Below, piece after piece: positions 51,790-64,000 of a DNA stretch of 64,000 bases. The notes beneath the pieces were generated by a model. The model ran no database searches. It saw only the letters and a program-made list of their open reading frames with translations, and was not told the origin of the DNA. Position numbers and translations under genes: made by a program. How positions within the stretch are numbered: the stretch's first letter is position 1; the number at the start of each line of letters is the position of its first letter. The DNA comes from Takakia lepidozioides (lineage: Eukaryota > Plantae > Bryophyta): assembly GCA_030704615.1 (NCBI GenBank), contig CM060733.1:64294001-64358000 (forward strand), written 5' to 3'.

Positions 51790-54700
51790 ATATATATTTT
51801 ATTTTATTTTTAAACAGGGGGTAGAGGCCCTGATAATTTATTGAAGGTGCAAAACAGTACAGAGAGGAGGAAAAAATAACATGAGGCTGTAGAGGCGTAT
51901 CACAAGGGGAAGCACCCTGCACTATGAGAGAGGGGGATGAAACAGTGGGAGTCTAGGCTGTCTAGCAAAGAGTAGGAAATATCAGTGCTGTAGAAGTGAA
52001 ACGAAGAAGTGGTCTAGTGCTGCATCATATACGGAGTTTGGCACATAAAATCCTGCAGCAACAGAGCAGTGATAGCTCATCCCCCAAAATCCAGGTGGGC
52101 CTTGGACTTTGGAGCCCGTGGATTGAGATGTTTCCAATTGACATCAAGACCGTCCGATTTAACCGGCGATTTGCCATGCCCGGGGATATCATTGTTCCAT
52201 TGGACTCTCGATTCATCGAGCCTGGTGCACAGGAGGTCATCTTTGCCCCAGGTGATGTCGAAATCCGCGAGAAGTTGACGACACCTCCTTTCGTTGCACC
52301 TGCCTGTTGCAGCAACAAGTGACACCCATGTCTTTTTCCCCTCAGTCAACAGCTCAGAGTACAGCTTAAACATAATGAATATGATGCTTGAATGTCTTCC
52401 TTCGAAGACTTGGTTGCATCTAGTCTTCCACAGTGCCCATAGAGTGTGTGCCCTTAGGCATGCCCAAATTGGGCAGGAGTTCCAGATCGAGCCATTACGT
52501 AGATTAAGCATCAGTAAAGGAGCATCAGTAGGTGGCACTGCTTTCCAGTTTAGATAGAACCTTATCACCAACTGCCAGGTTTTAATAGCAGTATTGCATT
52601 CTGTAAAAACATGCTCTACTGATTCTTCCAAATTTCTGTTATAGGCAAGGCATGTAGTATCCTGCTCAAGGAAGCAGGCTGCCACTGGGAGAATCATGTT
52701 TGCCAATTTCCACAAAAAAACACTGATCTTGGCCGGACGGTGCTTGGCCCAGATATCCTTCCATATAGAGTTCCAACCAGGAATTTGCAGGTCAAGATTC
52801 CATTTGCCATTCCACTTGGCTGTAAAATTGTTCCGCCCGAGAAGCATTTTGTAACCTGTCTTACTTTGTATCCAAGCAATGGCGTTTTCTTGCCATCCAT
52901 CCATGACCATTCTCCAGGGTCGAGCTGCAGCCTACTTAGAGGAAAGGACAAGAACCAAACAAAGGATAGTTTCTGAGCCCAACAGATCTGCGCATCAAAG
53001 GGCGGGCTGGGTTCTGTGGATCCAGAGGACGTTTCAAAGACCCGTATCCGGTAAGCTAGATCATGATGCATTTCTCCTCTGCCTAGAAGGGTCAAATGCC
53101 CACCATCCCCAGCCTGGAAGAGAAGCCCTTCCCAATGGTTAGTAGAGGTGGAGGTGGCCAAGAGGGCAAGCCGGCGGTTTCCTTGAGAGCATCCAAACCC
53201 ATACTGGCAGTTCGCTGGCTGTGCATGGACCCCCTACTAGCAAGGGCTGAAGGGATCCATTTTGCAAGTAATGTCGTAATTTGCAGAGCTGGATCCAGCA
53301 AGCCCAGCCCTCTTTCTTTGCGAGGCCTACAGAGCTGAGCCCATGAGACTAGGGCTCTCTTCGAGGGGTGTTGAGGGGAGGCACCCCACAGAAAATTCCT
53401 CATCGTGGTCTTGATTTTTGCAATGAGTGTGGAGCCTGGGGACCAGACTGAGGCCGGATACCAAATGAATGCAAGGAGGATCTGATTCAGGACCAAGGCT
53501 CTACCTGCAATTGACAGCATCGCTGAGCTCCAGAATGCTAGCTTGTTACGAAGCCTCTGTAAGATGGGTTCATAACGCTGATTGTCAGTTAGCCTATTCC
53601 AATTTGAAAGCCCAACAGCGTATGTGCCGAACCCGGCTGGAGCCATTTGAGTCCTATGTCCGGTCCCCATCTAGGTCTGTGCTGAAGGCGGGAGGTAGCA
53701 GGCAGCTCCGTAAGCAAACCAACCGACTTGTTCCAATTTATTTTGAGACCCCAGGTTTCGCAAAAAAATTGCACGGCTTCTCTGGCGCGCATTATGTTGG
53801 CTGGGTCTTCATTGTTGAGAAACAATGTAGTGTCATCTACATACATGGAGACCTTGATTGAGGCTCCATCATCTGTTTTTAGGCCTGCAATGTCCTGCCT
53901 TGCTGCAAAGTAGTGGCCCAGAGCATCAGCCGCTATGAGAAACAGGTATTGGGATAGAGGGCATCCTTGTCTTACAGATCTATAGAGAGCGAAGGATTTG
54001 GAGATGGCACCATTCACAGTGACTTTACTGGATGTCGAAGTGAGCAGGAGATTAACCCATCTGTTAAAGGCCTGTGGCATCCCTATTTTGTTGAGGACTT
54101 GATTGAGAAATCCCCAATCAATATTGTCAAAAGCTTTTTCAAAATCAAGCATTAACAAAGCCAGGGGCTGCTCTCAGCACTTAGCCTTATGCATGACCTC
54201 ATTGACTAGAAGGATGTTATCAAGAATCATTCTCCCTTTCAAGAAACCAGACTGCTCCGGCCTAATAACTCTGGAGAGGATGGGCTGCAGCCCGAATGCC
54301 AGGGTCTTGGCAATAATTTTGTAGGCCGTGTTCAACAGAGTGATGGGGCGGTAATTAGATATCAAGCTTTTGTCCCTTTTTTTGAAGATCAGAGTGATGA
54401 GACCTATAGAGAGCTGTGAGGGCATAATTCCCTTCAAATGTATGTCTTTAGCCAACTCAACAAAGTCACCTCCTATAGTCTGCCACAGGGCCTTGAACAG
54501 TTCAACGGGCATGCCATCTAGGCCTGGCATTTTCCCAAATTGGAGGGAGTGTAGAGCCTCAGACAGGTCTTCACTGGAAAGCGGGGAGGATAGATCTTCT
54601 TTTTCCTTTTGTGACAGGAGGGAGGGGATGTGTTGCAGGATCTCTTCTGAGGCCAATCTTGTTTCAGCAGAGCTGGACGTTTTTTAGAACAGAGATGCAA

Positions 54701-55860
54701 AGTGCTTTTCTGCTATGGAGGCCATCACCTTTGGGGCTGAGGAAATAGTCCCATCAGGGGAGGAGAGAGAGGCAATGGTTGAGGCCATCTGCCTTTGTTT
54801 AGCTTTAGCAAAGAAGTATTTGGTCATTTTTTCCCCTTTCAGTGACCAGTTCACTCCAGCCTTAATCCTGATAGCATTTTCTTTCTGTTGTCTAAAGCTC
54901 CATAGGTTTGACTTGGCTATATTATAATTCATTAAGGTGCAGGGGCCTTCATCTTTGTTCTCCAGGAGCTGCTGGCAGAGATGGAGGCATTTGAGTAGGC
55001 TCTTTTCTTTTTGAGAGCTGGCCACAACAAAAGCTTTAGAGAGCTCCAGAGATCTAAGACGCGTTGCTTCAAGTTTAGTAAGAAATCTAAGGGTGGCGGA
55101 TTGGAATTGATTCCTAGATGTGGACCATACCTGGGCCAGTTCTTTAACTGCTGACTTAGATTTGAGCAATGAAGGATTCAGCTTGAAGTAACCTCTACGT
55201 CTGAACTTGGACCCGGGGACAGTGAAAAGAGCTTTAATCTCTGCATGATCAAAATCTGGGAGACCCGGACCTAAGGGGGCTGGCCGGGCCCAAGACAAGA
55301 TGCCACTGGTGTAGTATATCCGGTCTAATCTAGCCATGACTAGATCCGGTGGAGCTCTACAATTTGACCAAGAGAAGGCTAAGCTCGTTATCTCCTGGAG
55401 TGGAGATGTCAATAAAACCTACAGAGAGGCAGAGCGATTCCCATGCATTTAGCTCTTCAGGGGTGAGGCTGGAAGTGCCAGGTTCCAGCCTGTCCAGAGT
55501 CCTGTCAGTCATATTGAAATCACCTACCAAAATCCATTGGTCAATCTTTGTGTGACTCAAAATGTTGGAGTGCAGCAATCTCCAGAAAGCTATTCTGTCA
55601 TTAATGGCGTTCGGAGCATAAACATTGATAAGTCATATTTTGTATCCAGAACTAGGAATGGAGAGAATGCCAAATTGGGCTCTTCCAATCATCCAGATAT
55701 CCATGCTAGAAATATGATTGACTAGATTCGGAGAGATTAATATTGCGGTGCCGCCTCTTGAATCAGCCACAGTCTTATTCCACCAAGCTAGATTAGGGGG
55801 CCATAACAAATGACCAATAGAGTTAATCTTGGAACTATTTAACTTATGTTCCTGCAAGAA
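51790..55860 (-). mobile_element. L1-clade LINE, 5'-truncated, ORF2 decayed
   Basis: APE motifs (LQEHK, GDFNM, RLDRIY, DH), RT (KMPGLDG, LDFEKAFD, RQGCPLS, YVDD), zf-RVT; A-rich tail next to a (TA)n tract at about 51780-51810. Confidence 0.93.
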
Positions 55861-55864
55861 GATT

Positions 55865-57115
55865 CACTAGAAGAAAAACGTGGAATAACCACTGGCCCTT
55901 TAACCACTACTGTCTTTTTCCACTCTATAAACCACTAGTAACCACTTGCCAGTGGTTAATCCCGATGAAATGCCACGGTGGCATCACAGACAGTGGTTGG
56001 AAGTGGTTTCAACCACTCAGTAGTCCACGTGTAATAAATTGTTTTTATTTATTATTATTTATTTGGTAATACATTTTAATTAATTAATATAATATTCCAC
56101 GTGGACGAGTGCAGTGGTACATTGTGAGTGGTTATAGACACCTCAATGATGGGAAGTGGTTGAAACCACTTGCTACTCCACGTGTAATAATTCAAATTTT
56201 ATTTGTGATTTATGATTTAGAAATATATTTAATTCATAAATATAATATTCCACGTGGACGGGGACAGTGCACGTTGATCTTGAGTGGTTAAAGACACCTC
56301 ATTGATTTGTACCACTTTGACAGTGGTGGAGAGTGGGTGGTGAAAGATACTGCAGTAATTGGAACCACTATTCTAGTGGTTGCTCATGAGTCGTTGCCTA
56401 CAGACAAGTGATTGGTACCAGTTTTTGGGTGATACATGAAAAAATTTAAGTGGTTTGTACAGCTGTGACAGACTTTGAAAAACAGACAAGTGGCCAGACC
56501 ATTGTGGCATGATGCTATTGAACAAATGGTTCCAACAAACAACTTTATTCTAAATCTGAAACATATTCGTCACCCTCTGAATCACTTTGCTCAACTGGAA
56601 TAGCGGTTGGTTGCACAAATGCCGCTTGAATGGTAGCCAACATAGCCATGTCTTCTTTATTTAGAGCCGTGGCACCATCTAATGACCTAGGTATTGGCTG
56701 ATCTGATAAGGTGGACGGTGCCTGAAGGCGCAACAGAACGCGGTATATCTGACTGCGAGGCCGCGGTAGTCATGGTTTTCCTGACTTGGACCATGACTTC
56801 CCTATATTTTTGGACCAAATGGGGCTTCACGTAGTCGTTGAAATGACTGCGTGACTACGTAATCCTCTGGGTGACTACGTTGGTAGATTTTGTCATGACT
56901 GCATGGCTCCGCACTAGACGGAAGGTTGGTCAACAATGGTTGACCAACGCGAGCTCACCACCAAATAGTCGTTGGAATGACTTCTAGTGCAAGGGTGGTA
57001 GCCAAAAGGTTAATTTTTTTAAAAAAAAATTGCTTATAGGGTTGCCCATTAGAGGGCTGGGACTTAGGATTTTTTTTTTTTTTTTTTTTTTTTTCTCCTG
57101 CGCGGTTTCTTAGTA
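55865..57115. mobile_element. CACTA-like non-autonomous element truncating the LINE
   Basis: Starts CACTAGAAGAAAA, with dense subterminal AACCACT/AGTGGTT repeats; the right end and TSD were not identified. Confidence 0.6.
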
Positions 57116-57249
57116 TCGAGCTGTTTGTGTCATGGAACGCGAGGATTGCATGATAGGGCGTGGGGTGGAGGCTTTGCATTGAGCTATTGATGCGGGGCGA
57201 AGCGCAACCTGCACCGCAACCGCAATGGGCTCTTGGCTCCTGTTTAGTA

Positions 57250-59770
57250 CCATGATGTGGTATTCTTCATGATGTTTAAAAGTTCTTGGGAGAGTCAGCT
57301 TGGCTTGGCAGTCCGTGTTTCAATTTTACCTTTGTGGAAAAGGGTAAAAGGTCCATGGTGACATTGTCAAATTTAGGGTATCCAGAAATAGATGTGGTAG
57401 TATTGAGGATACAAAGGGAGTGTTTGAAAATATGGCTGACATCATCAGAGCTGGAATTGTACGAGATGTCATTCCGAACGATACCCTGGTAGACATGTAT
57501 GCCAAATGTGGCAGCATCGAAGCTGCAAAGAGAAGGCAAATACTACTTCCATTGAGCGTTTTCATCTGTCTTCCTAGTGCAGATGCTTGGGGGCAACACA
57601 GTACAACACAATCCCTGTTTTATGAACGAGCGTTGATCACATGGATTTAATGATGGCAGGATTCTTCTTCGACCTCTTTCAGCCTGGTTTGCCCTCTCAT
57701 TAGACTCGGCCCTGAATTGCTCGGCATAGCAGAGCTGGCATGAGGGTTTTACAGATCCTTCACGATGGTGGGACAACCGTGATCGCAAGGTGTGGCTTTT
57801 TCTTAATGTACGATGTGAAGAAGTTTGTCCATCCTGCAAATGTGGGCTCTTGGCTCTTGGCTATTGGCAGGAAAGCTGGAAAGCAGGTGCACACTCACAT
57901 TGTCCAAAGTGGATTCACGCCGAACGTTTTTCTACTCAACACCCTTGTCAACATGTATGTTAAGGGGAGCATCATGGATGATCACCAAGTGTTCAATACA
58001 GAATGCCTCAACGATCTTTGATCACGTGGAATATAATGTTGGCAGGATTTACCAAGCATGGGCGTGGTACGAATGCCTTGGAGACCTGTGAGCAAATGAT
58101 GCGCGAAGGGGTGAGCCCAACCACATCACGTTTGTTTGTGTTTGCAATGCGTGTGCAAGCCTGGAAAAGGGGAAAGAGGTCCATGGTGACATCGGTCAAA
58201 GCTGGAATTGCACCAGATGTCATTCTGAACACTGCCCTGACCTGGACATGTATGCCAAATGTGGATGCATTGAGGATGCAAAGGGAGTTTTCGACACTAT
58301 GGCTGAACGAGATGTGGTGTCGTGGAGTGCGATGCGTTTGTGGATCAAACGTTGGTATTGTAGTTGAAGAACTCCTTGCACAGATCATTGTGCTGCAGCT
58401 GTCTGTGGTTCCAAGTTCATTATGCACTACAATCACCTCAAGGCATGCAGCAGCCCAGGTGCTCGGGAGGAGAGCCACCGACTTCCTATGAGCTGCGTCA
58501 AAGCTGTATCCGCTGTATCCGGGCTAATTCCTTGGCATCCACTCGTCACCATAAATTATGGAGACAACCACGCTGATTTACCACTATCTAATCAGGTGCC
58601 CCCATCTCAGATTTACAACAGGCTCCCTATGCATCCACTCGTCGCCAGAAATCTTGGAGTCAACAACACTGACTTGTCATCACTCAATCAACTGCAGTAT
58701 CCCTGCTGGCAATCTCTCACCATCCGGGCCAGCCACGGCCAAGCCACCAGCATTGCAGCTCCTGGTGACACTTCCCAGTCTGAAGAATCTTGTTTCAAGC
58801 TGACCCCACGCCTCGCCAGTGCAGCTCACAACCTGCAGACACACTACCTGCTGATCAGGCCTAAGGCACACATAATCAGTACCTGCAATGTGACAAGCCA
58901 ACCTGGATTCTCTCTGGAGACAGCCCCCGTCAACATGTATGCCAACAGCGGAAGTGTAAAGGATGCACGTCAAGTTTTTGACAAGATGGCTCAGCCATCC
59001 ACTCGATGCCTATGCAATGACTTGCCCCCACAGCATGGTGAGCAGGCATTTAAACTATTTGGCCAAATGCAGCGAGCAGGCTTGAAACCAAACAAGATCA
59101 CTTTTCTTAGTGTCCTCAATTCATGTACCATCCCAGCAGCTCTGGAGCAGGGCAAGCAGATCCATGCGGCAATAATAAAGGCTGGATTTGCATCAGATCC
59201 GTTTGTGGGGACTGCCCTTGTCGCCATGTATTGCAAGTATGGGAGTGTGTTGTATGCTCGCAGAGTGTTCTTCAAAATGCCTGAATGGAATGTTGTCTCT
59301 TGCACTGCAATGATCAAAGGGTCTACTCAGAATGGTCAAGGGGATGCGGCCTTTGAACTCTTTTGGCAAATGCAACGTGGGCAAAGAGGTGCATGGCGAT
59401 ATCATCAAAGCTGGAATTGTACCAAATGTCATTTTGAACACTGCCCTGGCAGCTCTGGAAAAGGGGAAAGAGGTCCATGGCGACATCTTCAGAGCTGGAA
59501 TTGTACCAAATGAACAATACCCTGGTGGACATGTATGCAAAATGTAGGTGCATCAAGGATGCAAAGGGAGTGTTCAACACTATGGCTGAACGAGATGTGG
59601 TGTCGTGGAGTGCGATGCTTGCAGGGTATACACATCAGGGATGTGGGATGGAGGCTTTGGAGACCTATGAGCAAATGATGGGGGTCGGGGTGAAGCCCGG
59701 GAAAAGGGCAAAGAGGTGCATGGGGATATCATCAAAGCTGGAATTGTACCAGAGTCATTCTGAACACAAC
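57250..59770 (+). pseudogene. Scrambled PLS-class PPR pseudogene fragments
   Basis: Multiple [17 protein letters not shown] and GKEVHGDIIKAGIVPN repeats with frameshifts and local duplications. Confidence 0.9.
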
Positions 59771-60102
59771 CGGTAACCAATCCATTCATTGGCTGCATTG
59801 TTGTGTCAAAAGTCCATGTGTAGACTAGAATCCACATGTTTAATGTTGGGCAGGGAAAACTGTTCTTGCTGCCCAAATCATGTGATAGTCACAAGCCTAG
59901 CAATTGTCTCTGAAAACTGATGGATGACTGGTGCCTTGGTTACAACATCCACCTTTGTCAACTCTTGTGATGTTGCAATGAAATATACCTGCAACAGGTA
60001 TTGATTAGAAGTTAGCTTTACTTCCATGTCAGTTGCTAGCAGCAAGGTAAGGATGTATGCATGATTTGTGCAGAGTCATGGACAGCTGAAGAGCAGGAAT
60101 AG

Positions 60103-61675
60103 TGTCGCGCACCTCATTTCGGTAAGCTCCCCTTCAAGTCATAGTTACTCGCTTTGATGCGCGCGCCTAACTCCCAACCTGGCCGCCGGGCCAACTCGGA
60201 GCTTCGGCTGCTCACCAGGACATAACGGTGCCCCTTTCTTCCCCCAACAGACCCTCCACCAATTTGGGCCTAGTGGAAATTCCCTTTGGTGGATGGCAGT
60301 CCGGAATAGCTCCCCACTCCTTGGTCGCTTTCCGGCTCGCTCGCTTACTCACTAGTTTTTAGTCACCAACGGGCTTGCACCGTTTTTGGGGTTACTACTC
60401 CCTATATGTACTTCTGTGACTGTCCGTGGGGGTTTCACAAACAACCATGCCATTTTATGGCGAACCACCACGAAGACCCTCGATTCCCGGTGATGAGTCG
60501 CGGTGAGTCTTGGCCCATCCACCACGGCCCCATTGGACCGTGGTGAGTCCCAAGACTCCCCACGACTCCCACCACAAGGTCTCCGCCCCATGGTGAGTCC
60601 TATGCCACCCCCACTAAGTCCCACTAAGTCCCACTAAGCTACCACCACCCCTTGTGGAGCCACCCTCACAGCAACCCGGTGTGCGGGGCTCCACCTAGTG
60701 AGTGCCTCCGCCTCCTTGAGTGCCTTGCGCACTCAAGGTTGCTTCAGCCCCCCGTACCTATTGCTACCACCGCCCCCACCACAAGGGCAACCCCTCTGCA
60801 TCCCGACCCCCTGCCCTCAAGGCAAAGGGCCGCGACACACACCCCTACCAACAAGGAGTCGATGTCCTCATCGGCTTGTCCATTTTGTAGAAACGAACAT
60901 CCAAGTTATGGCGTCCCACATCAAGGAGTTTGTTTCCGCACCATGGCGTCCCATGGCAAAGAACCAAACCCCACACTTGACTCTACTCTCCACTAGCTAG
61001 TTTGGCCGACTTTCTCCAAGTCCCGGCCAAGGGTGGAGCCTCTCAAGCTCCTCCTAGTGCACTCTTCTTGGCCTACTTCAAGGCCAAGGAACGATCCTCC
61101 CTCGAATCGCCTTACTGCAACAACATTGCTTGCGACCGCTCATGATGCCGCTTTTGGCATCACCTTGAGGAAGGGTTCACCTTGAACCCTTTTTGACTAG
61201 GAAGATAACCTTGAACCAACCGTGCGCCCCAATCACTACAATTGGGTCCGCCTTGGAATGCTGGCCTGAGGTACGGGAACGCCGAAGCCGCACTACGACT
61301 TTGTCCCGAGGCTACACGATTATAGTACGTGAACGGAAGCACGTAGCTTCCGCGTTAGCCCGCACTACAAGGCAACCCCCTCGGTAGCACAGTTATAGTA
61401 CGCGCACGCGCCAGATGCGCACTAGCACGTGAACTCCCAAAGAAAGCGCTGCAAACTGAATGGTATGTACTAGGCGAGTAGCCAATCACAGAAACATAAA
61501 GATGGACATGCAGGTGTGTTTGAAGCCTTACTTCAAAGATGAAGAGCGTCCGAATCGGCATCAAGTGTTGCGTTCGCCACTTGTGCTGTTGGATCATGAA
61601 AATGAACCGGAGTACGAGGTGGAGGCAGTGCTTAAGTCGAGGAGGTTCAAAATTAAGAAACGGAGTATCTCGTGA
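60103..61675 (-). mobile_element. Element B family: 3' LTR (60103-60837) and 3' region, with an inverted chromodomain piece (61505-61675, plus strand)
   Basis: Reverse-complement match to 5615-6929; [22 protein letters not shown] on the plus strand. Confidence 0.93.
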
Positions 61676-61789
61676 AATTGTTGAAATTCTTGCTTTTCAG
61701 GGACTTGGTATATTAATCTTGATTCTCCCCTCATACCAGGAAAGGAATTCCTTAGCATCATGGAGCCTGACAGAGCAGCTGCCGTGCTG

Positions 61790-62330
61790 AGATTACAACA
61801 ACGCGACGATGCTCTTTTTCTGCGTGAGGTTGCGCGGTGTCCAAAGTATGGTCTCAACAAGTTAAGATGCCCTTGCAATCACTGTAAGGGTGGATGACAG
61901 GTCTCTATAGAGACAGTGAGAAAACATCTAATGGCCAATCATAGATCCCCGACATTCAGATCCTAGAGAGGAGCAAGGAGGCATGCTTCTGACAATGAAT
62001 GGGAAGACACGGCCGTGGTGGTTGGTGACGACGTAGCTTTAGCAAATCATCGGACACAGGGAGAATTGGACAAAAATGTTGAGATACAGCGCATGATCCA
62101 AGAGACCTTTCAGATCATAGACACATCTGAAACTGGAAATGGGGCAGAAGTGGAATTAGATGACCTAGATGTTCCCGGTGACACGAACATCCCACCAGAA
62201 GCCCATGACCCGGTTGCGGGTGGGGACTCTCACACTGATGATCCCATCTCATTGGAAGAGGCATGTCTACCTTTATATGAAGGTTGTAAATCCTCTAAGC
62301 TTGCATCCACCATGCTTCTAATGAATCTAT
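61790..62330 (+). mobile_element. CACTA (En/Spm) transposase N-terminal fragment
   Basis: LRCPCNHCKG..ETVRKHL (transposase-associated domain) and PLYEGCKSSKLA..LLMNL (start of the Tnp2/Transposase_21 region); contains stops. Confidence 0.8.
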
Positions 62331-62949
62331 CACTAGAAGCATTCGTGTCTTTTCCGATTCGACTGCATGTCCGCGACCACTCCGGGAACCACTTGGTAGT
62401 AAACGAGACTACTGGAGAGTCGAAACAGACAATGTGGGCCCACGGGGGCATTTCAGACGGCGGACAGAAGTGGGGTCAACGACTCCGGAGTCGTAGCAGA
62501 ATTCCGGGCTATTTTACGAATTGCGTAAATACATAAAATTTGAAAAAGCCAAAATTACAAGTGTTTGTAATTACTGCACATGCGACTACAAATTTTCTTT
62601 CCTAATTCGATTAATGGAATAAAGATATTTATTCATTAAAGTGAATATGTAGTCGACTCAACGACTCCATGAACCACTGCGCATTCATTGCACCCATGAC
62701 TCGGCAGCACATTTGCTGACGTGGCTTTCAAAAAAAGAGGTAAACAAAATGTGGCCTTGGGGGAATAGATATTTTAATACGTGCTACCTCCACCTGGCAG
62801 AGACAAGGATGCAAGTGCTGCGTCGGACATGGCGGGACGTGGGAATGGAAATCCTGACACGGCAAAGCCTTCGTATACTGTGAGCGCGCGTAGTGGCTTC
62901 TCAGAACGGTATGACATCGGGGTCTTGGTCATTCATCATTTACAGAATG

Positions 62950-63812
62950 TGCTGGATGGAGGCACGATGGAGCGCGCATACGGGCATGCCCTTCTGGCAT
63001 CAATTCCCAAGTATCCACGCAAGGTGAGGCTGCTGAATTGGGTTTTTGCCCGTCTAGTTTTCTGACAGCATGCTCGAAAGGTTCATAGTGCCATTGAGTG
63101 GCATCGCAATAATTTGATGTGTAGCTGCTTTTCCATTTCACAAGTTATGCAGAAGGCGTCACAGAAGAAGATCGCAAAGACGTCAAGGCTGAAGAATATG
63201 CCCTTTGGTTGTGAACTACAATCATATCATGCCAAACCCCATTTTGCCCACGCAGATGAGGGAGACATTATGCATTTGCGAGTGGGACTTAATTCCTCTA
63301 AACCCAGCTTGAAGGCAGTTGTGACACCAGAGAAACTGGAAACTACCTCCAAGAAAGTTGAAACTCGCAAGATAGTCATGTATTCGTCTCATTATCTCCA
63401 ACTGGGATTCCGAGTTATCATCCGACCCTTTACATGTGTGCTGGAATGGAGTATAATTCTGGTTTAGGCAGTTATTGCCACCAGACGTTCGCTTCTCCAA
63501 TTTTTACATTTAAGGATGTGTCTGTGTTTATGGCACTCTTTCTCCCAAGGAGGCCTGAGTACCCCCCTGTACTTGCAAGAATTTGATGTGTAGCTGCTTT
63601 TCCCTTTCATAAATTATGAAGAAGCAGTCACAGAAGAAGATCGCAAAGAGGTCAAGGCTGAAAGCGTTCATTAAGGTTGTGAACTACAATCATATCATGC
63701 CAAACCAGCGGCGGCAGATGGTGTCATGAGACATTCTGCGATTTGCGCATAGGTGGACTTAATTTTGATGTTGACTTGAAGGCAGTTGTGACACCAGTGA
63801 AACTGGAAACTA
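62950..63812 (+). pseudogene. RPL27: 60S ribosomal protein L27 (eL27) pseudogene with duplicated exon 2
   Basis: DGGTMERAYGHALLASIPKYPRK|GT; ..SQKKIAKRSRLKAFIKVVNYNHIMP..LKAVVTP.KLET in two copies (about 63143-63370 and 63613-63812); both acceptor AGs are mutated. Confidence 0.88.
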
Positions 63813-64000
63813 CAGGTTAGATGATGGCGTGCTGCATCGCGATATAAACCTGCATTTGACATTCCGGCTTAGGATTCATGCAATTTGGTGCTAGTCAGGC
63901 CTGCACAGTTCCAGAGCACAAGTTGGAGCCCATCCGAGGGATGGGGACCTCGTAAGTGCTTCTTCATTTTGTACTCACCTTGTTTTTGCATCGCACTTGT

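Overview
Repeat-dominated nuclear DNA of a non-seed land plant. The best inference is an early-diverging moss such as Takakia, from the cox1 intron combination and heavy C-to-U editing in a mitochondrial insert. Probable functional genes: a spliced zf-MYND/MSS51-type gene (13.9-17.1 kb, minus strand, one apparent frameshift) and an intact 57-aa TOM7 ORF missed by the ORF track (33056-33229). Retroelements: nested Ty3/gypsy chromoviruses (one full-length copy with matched LTRs, PBS and TSD, plus rearranged relatives), an L1 LINE, and a RandI/Dualen-like LINE remnant (RNase H plus restriction-like endonuclease). DNA elements: hAT, Harbinger and CACTA elements, and a TTAA-flanked piggyBac-like element. 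Other content: an unedited, intron-containing mitochondrial cox1 insert, a cluster of orphan exons (CHIP, TPP2, stearoyl-ACP desaturase, PPR), and RPL27 pseudogene pieces. The most unusual signal is a spliced, bacterial-type beta-class N4-cytosine/N6-adenine DNA methyltransferase remnant (22.9-23.7 kb) next to a TTTAGGG-rich tandem array. All family assignments come from reading motifs by eye; no searches were run.
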